Positions 26,842 through 32,000 of a stretch of 32,000 bases of DNA are shown here, in pieces. Position 1 is the first letter of the stretch; each line of letters begins with the position of its first letter. Source of the DNA: Erysipelotrichaceae bacterium (lineage in GTDB: Bacteria > Bacillota_I > Bacilli_A > Erysipelotrichales > Erysipelotrichaceae). The DNA lies in the NCBI GenBank assembly GCA_030604855.1, contig JAUVVC010000002.1, positions 210,001 to 242,000 of the forward strand. The letters run 5' to 3'. The translations under genes and the position numbers were made by a program. The notes beneath the pieces were generated by a model, which saw only the letters and a program-made list of their open reading frames with translations, did not search any database and was not told the DNA's origin.

Positions 26842-28534
26842 TCTTGTTCACCAAAGCTTGATTGTACTTCAATAACTCTTGAGCTGCCGATAAGGCATTG
26901 GGCGTATTCGAGCTACTTGCGATCATGGCAAGTTCAAGAATACGACCTTCTTCAGAAAGTTCAATGATGTTTGTATTTGTGATGGTGTTCGCTTGAATTT
27001 TCGAGACAAGATAATGTGTTCTTGAACATGCGGCAACTTGGCCAAGATGCGTAACGGAGAATACCTGGGCATGACGCGCTAAGCTGGACATCTTTTGACC
27101 AATGGCGGTTGCGACACGTCCGGAAACACCGGAATCGATTTCATCAAAGATAACGGTTTCGATGGATTGAAGATCGTTGAAAATAACTTTCATCCCTAAC
27201 ATGAGTCTTGAAAGTTCTCCACCACTGGCGACTTTGATCAAAGGTTTCAAGCTCTCACCTGGATTCATTGATATCAAGAATTCCACAAAGTCCAATCCAC
27301 TTTGATTCGCACTGGTTTCATTGAAAACTATCTCAAATTGAGCCTTTTCTAAATAGAGATCACGAATTTCTTTGATAATCGCTGTTTCTAGGGCTCTGGC
27401 TTTGATTTTTCTTAATTCACGTAATTCTAATGCTCTAAGTTCAAAATGCTTGTAAGCACGCTCGCAATCGCGTCTCAACTGTTCAAGTACTTCTTCGCGA
27501 TGTTCAATCGCATGAATACGATCCTTTATTTCAGCGTGTTGTGTCAAAATAAGTTCAATCGTACGTCCATACTTCTTTTTAAGCTTATTGATTTGAAACA
27601 AGCGATCCTGAATCTGATTCAAACGATCTTCATCAAAACTAAGCTCATTGAAGCGATCCTTCAATGTTTCAATCTGCTCGACCAGATTGAAATAAAGCTC
27701 ATCGATCGAAGCTGTGATTGGTTGAACCGAATCCAGTTCATCAATATGACGCAACGCTTTTACCGCTTCATAGAGTTTTACACGTGCACCTTCGTTTTCA
27801 TCCAGTAGATCGATTGCATTGCTTAATCGAGTTGAAACTTTCTCAAAACTCATTAAAAGACGTTGTTGATTTTCAAGTTCCTCATCTTCACCTATCACAA
27901 GATTGGCCTTCTCAATTTCAAGATACTGGAAACTAAGAAATTCGAGGTCATCTGGATTCAAATCATTCTTTTCTTTTTCATGAAGTTCGTTCTTCAGTTT
28001 AGCATAAACCTGATACCGCTCTTTGACATCATCCAATAGCCCGCGATCAATGTTGTAAGCATCCAATAACTGTAAATGGTAGCGATTGTTCAATAAATAC
28101 TGGGTGTCGTTTTGACTGTGTATATCTACTAAATATTGACCGATCTCTTTTAAAAGACTGACCGGAACCGATCGATTGTTGATTCGATTGATGGATCTTC
28201 CCTCTTGCGTCAACTCTCGCGTGATGATCAATTCATTCAAGTCAAACGTATAATCCAATTCATTGAATCGCGAAGCGATGTATTCACTATGGGTTGAAAA
28301 AACAGCTTCAATGGTGGCTTTATCACTTCCGTGACGAATCATGTCCACAGTAAAACGATCCCCCATCAGTAAACCGATGGCATCGATCAAGATCGACTTA
28401 CCAGCACCGGTTTCCCCAGTGAACACACTAAAGCCAGACTTGAAATCCAGTCTCAGTTCATCAATCAAAATATAATTTTTCAAGTAAAGATTTTGTAACA
28501 TGTTCTCTCTTTTAATACGCAGATCGCAGCTCAT
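26834..28534 (-). CDS. recN: DNA repair protein RecN
   Basis: Walker A (GETGAGKS), a long coiled coil, signature (ASGGELSRLML) and Walker B (VIFDEIDSGVSG). ATG 28534 forms an ATGA overlap with the dxs stop. The family-typical N-terminus MLQNLYLKNYILID starts at the alternative ATG 28501. Confidence 0.92.
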   Translation of the reverse strand: MSCDLRIKRENMLQNLYLKNYILIDELRLDFKSGFSVFTGETGAGKSILIDAIGLLMGDRFTVDMIRHGSDKATIEAVFSTHSEYIASRFNELDYTFDLNELIITRELTQEGRSINRINNRSVPVSLLKEIGQYLVDIHSQNDTQYLLNNRYHLQLLDAYNIDRGLLDDVKERYQVYAKLKNELHEKEKNDLNPDDLEFLSFQYLEIEKANLVIGEDEELENQQRLLMSFEKVSTRLSNAIDLLDENEGARVKLYEAVKALRHIDELDSVQPITASIDELYFNLVEQIETLKDRFNELSFDEDRLNQIQDRLFQINKLKKKYGRTIELILTQHAEIKDRIHAIEHREEVLEQLRRDCERAYKHFELRALELRELRKIKARALETAIIKEIRDLYLEKAQFEIVFNETSANQSGLDFVEFLISMNPGESLKPLIKVASGGELSRLMLGMKVIFNDLQSIETVIFDEIDSGVSGRVATAIGQKMSSLARHAQVFSVTHLGQVAACSRTHYLVSKIQANTITNTNIIELSEEGRILELAMIASSSNTPNALSAAQELLKYNQALVNKNA

Positions 28535-30402
28535 TCCCTAATCAATGCTGTTTTAATCTTCTCAAACAAAGAACTGATGTCGATATTCTCATAACGTCTC
28601 AAATCCGGAACGGAACCATGTGTTACAAAGTGATCCATGATACCAATGCGTTCCATATCCAGTGTCAGATGCCGCTCTGCCAACCATTCCAAGATCGCAC
28701 TCGATAAACCACCGGCTAACATGTCCGTTTCATATACGATGACACGTTTATTCAATTGAGTTAAATAATTGAGGAGGCCATCATCCAAAGGTTTAATGAA
28801 ACGTGCATTGATTACGCAAACGGGCAATTGATTCGCATCGATCTTATCTTTGATCTTATCGACATCAGGTCCATATGCAATCACAACGACACGTGCGGAT
28901 TCTAGATTACCTAAGACTGTCCAAGAACCTGTCTTGATGACTTCAAAGGTTTCCACTTCATGGAAAACGGCGCTTCCACGAGGATAACGAATGGCGTAAG
29001 GTCTGGATAGCTTGAATGCACTGTATAGCAAATGCTGGGCTTCAACCGCATCTTTGGGCTGTGCAATGATGAGGTTAGGAAGTGGACGCAAGATGCCGAT
29101 ATCAAACACACCGTGATGTGTAGGTCCATCCTCCCCTACCAGGCCGCTTCGATCGATTCCGATGACAACCGGACTTTCCATGCGAGCAATATCATGATTG
29201 ATCTGATCGTATGCTCTTTGAATAAACGTTGAATAAATGGATAGAAATGGTTTCAAACCATTCAAAGCCATGGCTGAGGCCAATGTGGCCGCATGTTCCT
29301 CGGCAATGCCACAATCAATGCTTCTTTGTGGATATAAAGCAAAAAACTTCTCCAATTTACTGCCCTGTATCATTGCAGGGGTGATGACACTCAGATTCGG
29401 TTCTTGTTTAGCTAAACGAATCAAGGTTTCAGACACAACTTCTGACCAAGAGAGATGATTCAAAGGGAGTGATCCTAGATTATTTCCAGTGTCCGGGTCG
29501 AATTGACTCACACCATGCCAATGGCCATTCTTGTCATTCTCAGACAAATGAAACCCTTTGCCTTTGGTCGTGATCACATGCACTAAAACAGGACCATCAT
29601 GTTGTCTCGCTGTTTCCAAGGCATTGAACAACTCATGAAAATTATGACCATCAATCGGTCCAAGATACTCCAATCCCATTTCAGTAAAAATAGATGGATG
29701 GATGATCGTTCTTTTGATGGAATCTTTTACAAAACGCATCCCTTTTAAAACAGCAGAACCCACAAAGTTTTGATTCAAGATGCCCTTGACTTCTTCTTTT
29801 GCATTTACGTACGACTGACTATTGCGCAAACGGGCTATGGAGTGCGAAAATGCCCCCACATTTTGAGATATCGACATATTGTTGTCATTCAGAATCACAA
29901 TCAATTTTTGTTTGGTTGATCCAATATGATTCAATGCTTCAAAAGACATGCCATTTGGAATTGAACCATCCCCAACAATGGCTACGATGGCATGGTCCTC
30001 ATTCTTTGCTTCTCTTGCGATGGCCATGCCTAAAGCTGCTGAGAGTGCTGTTCCTGCGTGTCCTGCTTCCCAGACATCGTAATTGCTTTCACTCATCTTT
30101 TGAAACCCACAGAGACCATGCAATTGCCGTAAATGAGCAAAATCCTTTGCTCTACCGGTCAATATCTTATGAACATATGATTGATGTCCAACATCAAAAA
30201 GAATTTTATCGCGACTGAAATCAAACACAGCATGAAGTGCGATCGTAAGCTCAACAACGCCAAGATTGCTGGATAGATGTCCACCTGTCTTAGAAACACT
30301 CTCGATTAAAAAAGAACGTATGCTACTTGCAAGTTCCTTTAATTCATCATTCTTTAAATCCTTAAGAAATAACGGATTTTCAATATCAATTACATTTTGC
30401 AT
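28531..30402 (-). CDS. dxs: 1-deoxy-D-xylulose-5-phosphate synthase (MEP pathway)
   Basis: 623 aa with GGHLSSNLGVVELTIALH and the TPP-binding motif IVGDGSIPNGMSFEALN, plus transketolase-like pyrimidine-binding and C-terminal domains. Confidence 0.95.
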   Translation of the reverse strand: MQNVIDIENPLFLKDLKNDELKELASSIRSFLIESVSKTGGHLSSNLGVVELTIALHAVFDFSRDKILFDVGHQSYVHKILTGRAKDFAHLRQLHGLCGFQKMSESNYDVWEAGHAGTALSAALGMAIAREAKNEDHAIVAIVGDGSIPNGMSFEALNHIGSTKQKLIVILNDNNMSISQNVGAFSHSIARLRNSQSYVNAKEEVKGILNQNFVGSAVLKGMRFVKDSIKRTIIHPSIFTEMGLEYLGPIDGHNFHELFNALETARQHDGPVLVHVITTKGKGFHLSENDKNGHWHGVSQFDPDTGNNLGSLPLNHLSWSEVVSETLIRLAKQEPNLSVITPAMIQGSKLEKFFALYPQRSIDCGIAEEHAATLASAMALNGLKPFLSIYSTFIQRAYDQINHDIARMESPVVIGIDRSGLVGEDGPTHHGVFDIGILRPLPNLIIAQPKDAVEAQHLLYSAFKLSRPYAIRYPRGSAVFHEVETFEVIKTGSWTVLGNLESARVVVIAYGPDVDKIKDKIDANQLPVCVINARFIKPLDDGLLNYLTQLNKRVIVYETDMLAGGLSSAILEWLAERHLTLDMERIGIMDHFVTHGSVPDLRRYENIDISSLFEKIKTALIRE

Positions 30403-30403
30403 A

Positions 30404-31258
30404 TTATTTGATTCGATCTTTCATCCAATGAACGATATCCAAAAGCTTTGGATACGTTTCGTTTAGCAACATTATATCACGATTGAGCTCATCATAAAGT
30501 TCATTGATGCTTAGCTTTGATCTCTCTAAACCAAGAAACTCAATGACTGTGTTCTTATGATTATTGAGATCACTCTGATTTGATTTTCCGATCACATCAA
30601 AAGTACTTGTTCGCTCGAGGTAGTCATCTTGTATTTGGAAAACGATGCCAAGCTTCTTACCGATTTGATCTAATTGTGATTCATCTTCTCGCTTTGAATT
30701 TAAAAGATTTCCTAAACGAAGTGCAGCACTGAACAGACAACCTGTCTTGAACGCATAAAGCTTGTATAGATCACTTATTTGATTAGCTTGGTTTGTATCA
30801 TTTTGAATGTCCAAAACCTGGCCAAGAATCATCCCATTCGCACCCGAAGCTTCACTCAAAATATTTACAGCAGAAACAATGTCATCACTTTTAAGATTCA
30901 GTTTCGTAATGATCTGAAATGCTTGTGTCAACAAAGCATCACCAGCCAGAATCGCTGTAGCTTCATCAAAGCGTTTGTGTGTCGTCAATTGACCCCGTCG
31001 ATAATCATCATTATCCATGGCGGGTAGATCATCATGCACAAGCGAATAGGTGTGGACCATTTCCAATGCATAGGCAAGATTCATCACGTTCAAATCATTT
31101 TGATTCTGACATGTCATCGCAAAAACCAAATAAGGACGTAAACGTTTTCCACCTGCTTCCAAAGCATAACGCATGGCATCTTTGACATTGGAATCTGCGA
31201 TTTGGCTCAGAACGTTATCGATATGCGCATTGAACGCTTGTACAAAATCATTAAACAT
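30404..31258 (-). CDS. ispA: (2E,6E)-farnesyl diphosphate synthase
   Basis: First Asp-rich motif LVHDDLPAMDNDDYRRG and second QIQDDYLE. ATG 31258 (MFNDFVQAF) overlaps the xseB stop by 8 nt. The ORF-track start at 31270 is a GTG. Confidence 0.9.
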   Translation of the reverse strand: MFNDFVQAFNAHIDNVLSQIADSNVKDAMRYALEAGGKRLRPYLVFAMTCQNQNDLNVMNLAYALEMVHTYSLVHDDLPAMDNDDYRRGQLTTHKRFDEATAILAGDALLTQAFQIITKLNLKSDDIVSAVNILSEASGANGMILGQVLDIQNDTNQANQISDLYKLYAFKTGCLFSAALRLGNLLNSKREDESQLDQIGKKLGIVFQIQDDYLERTSTFDVIGKSNQSDLNNHKNTVIEFLGLERSKLSINELYDELNRDIMLLNETYPKLLDIVHWMKDRIK

Positions 31259-31463
31259 TGGAATCGTCACTGTACTTCACCATCAATTCTGAGACTTTCT
31301 TTTCAAATGACTTCAGTTGACCATCACATTGTTTGACTAAAGCCAAACCTTCTTCAAATAACGAGATCGAACTTTCTAAGTCATGATCGTTTCGATCAAG
31401 TGCTTCAACGATTTCATTTAGTCGCAACATGGCTTCTTCAAAACTCTTTGCTTTTTCACTCAT
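31251..31463 (-). CDS. xseB: Exodeoxyribonuclease VII small subunit
   Basis: 70 aa: MSEKAKSFEEAMLRLNEIVEALDRNDHDLESSISLFEEGLALVKQC, typical of XseB. AAGGAG lies 7 nt upstream of ATG 31463. It overlaps the xseA stop (ATGAGTGA). Confidence 0.88.
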   Translation of the reverse strand: MSEKAKSFEEAMLRLNEIVEALDRNDHDLESSISLFEEGLALVKQCDGQLKSFEKKVSELMVKYSDDSNV

Positions 31464-32000
31464 CACTGTGCTCCTTGATTGCTTTCGCAAGTAGTGTACC
31501 GTCGTATAAACGTATCTTTAAAACTTTCGCATAATCCACATCATGGACCAAGCGAATGACCTTGCTCTCTTGTGAAACAATGCCATATCCTCTTGCCAAA
31601 CTATTCAGCGGTGAGTAGGCGTTCAACAATTTCAACAATTGACCAAAGTTATTCTGCTGGATGGAAGTCTTATGTTCGATCCTTTTGATCAATAAATCTT
31701 GTGTCCGTGAAAGACGTATGTTTTGATGATTGGTGAAGCTCATGATTCTTTGACTTAATCGAGCCTGCTTATCGTTTAACCGGATTCTCAATCCATGCGC
31801 ACGTTTGGTTTGTTGGCTGAGGGCTTGAGCCAAATTCGAAAGATGCAATTGTTGAGACATCATGATACGTTGTGGTTGTGTCAATACGGGATGTGCTTGA
31901 ATCTGCTTCAACTCCGTACGACTGACATTCAACTGATATTCCAACAATTGATTTAATCTTCTTAATTGGTTCCTCAGATTCATCTCGACATCTTGGATGT
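31456..32000 (-). CDS. xseA: Exodeoxyribonuclease VII large subunit, 5' part outside the window
   Basis: The frame stays open to the window edge. The coiled-coil C-terminal region ends in SPLNSLARGYGIV. It lies upstream of xseB-ispA-dxs as in B. subtilis. Confidence 0.85.
   Translation of the reverse strand, partial: IQDVEMNLRNQLRRLNQLLEYQLNVSRTELKQIQAHPVLTQPQRIMMSQQLHLSNLAQALSQQTKRAHGLRIRLNDKQARLSQRIMSFTNHQNIRLSRTQDLLIKRIEHKTSIQQNNFGQLLKLLNAYSPLNSLARGYGIVSQESKVIRLVHDVDYAKVLKIRLYDGTLLAKAIKEHSDE

Noticed and set aside
1-32000. Possible Mollicutes-type code (TGA = Trp), given the Mollicutes-like traits (long SigA, compact genome).
   Set aside because: TGA terminates era, sigA, cmk, comGA, comGB, efp, xerD, dxs and xseA exactly at their conserved C-termini, so the standard code 11 applies.
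1-32000. Scan for tRNA, rRNA, CRISPR repeats, IS termini or long tandem repeats.
   Set aside because: The largest non-coding gap is about 277 nt (17202-17478), and a terminator, promoter and riboswitch account for all of it. No repeated spacer-repeat pattern or cloverleaf-like segment was seen by eye. A tRNAscan or CRISPR-finder run would be the definitive check.

Overview
This is a dense, nearly gap-free core-genome window from a low-GC Gram-positive bacterium. Gene order is Bacillus-like. The standard genetic code applies, because TGA ends several conserved proteins.

Gene content in order:
- Plus-strand block: era (5' partial), recO, glyQS, dnaG, sigA, trmK.
- ispH (minus), a DEAD-box RNA helicase (plus), ispG (minus), then a class B penicillin-binding protein (plus).
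- rpmG (49 aa, below the ORF-track cutoff and found by hand) and an MBL-fold hydrolase.
- A complete seven-gene comGA-comGG competence pseudopilus operon.
- efp with its own promoter, then an FMN riboswitch with ribU.
- A tail-anchored acidic hypothetical protein, cmk, der, gpsA, then hup and a YugP-like Zn peptidase.
- A terminator-insulated, AT-rich two-gene module of unknown function (22837-24695).
- Minus-strand block: xseA (partial), xseB, ispA, dxs, recN, xerD, deoB.

Four isoprenoid genes (ispH, ispG, dxs, ispA) lie in the window. I saw no tRNA, rRNA, CRISPR array, IS element or long repeat.

I cannot point to a convincing novel multi-gene system. The best candidates for a second look are:
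- the 22.8-24.7 kb surface-protein pair;
- an EF-P whose modification-loop tip reads KTAMRQ (Met32/Arg33) instead of KPGKG;
- a roughly 150-aa insertion in SigA between regions 1.2 and 2.1;
- the comG operon with no recognisable ComK or ComX box;
- two convergent gene pairs whose coding 3' ends overlap, one sharing a terminator hairpin.

All calls come from reading translations and motifs by eye. No database search was run.
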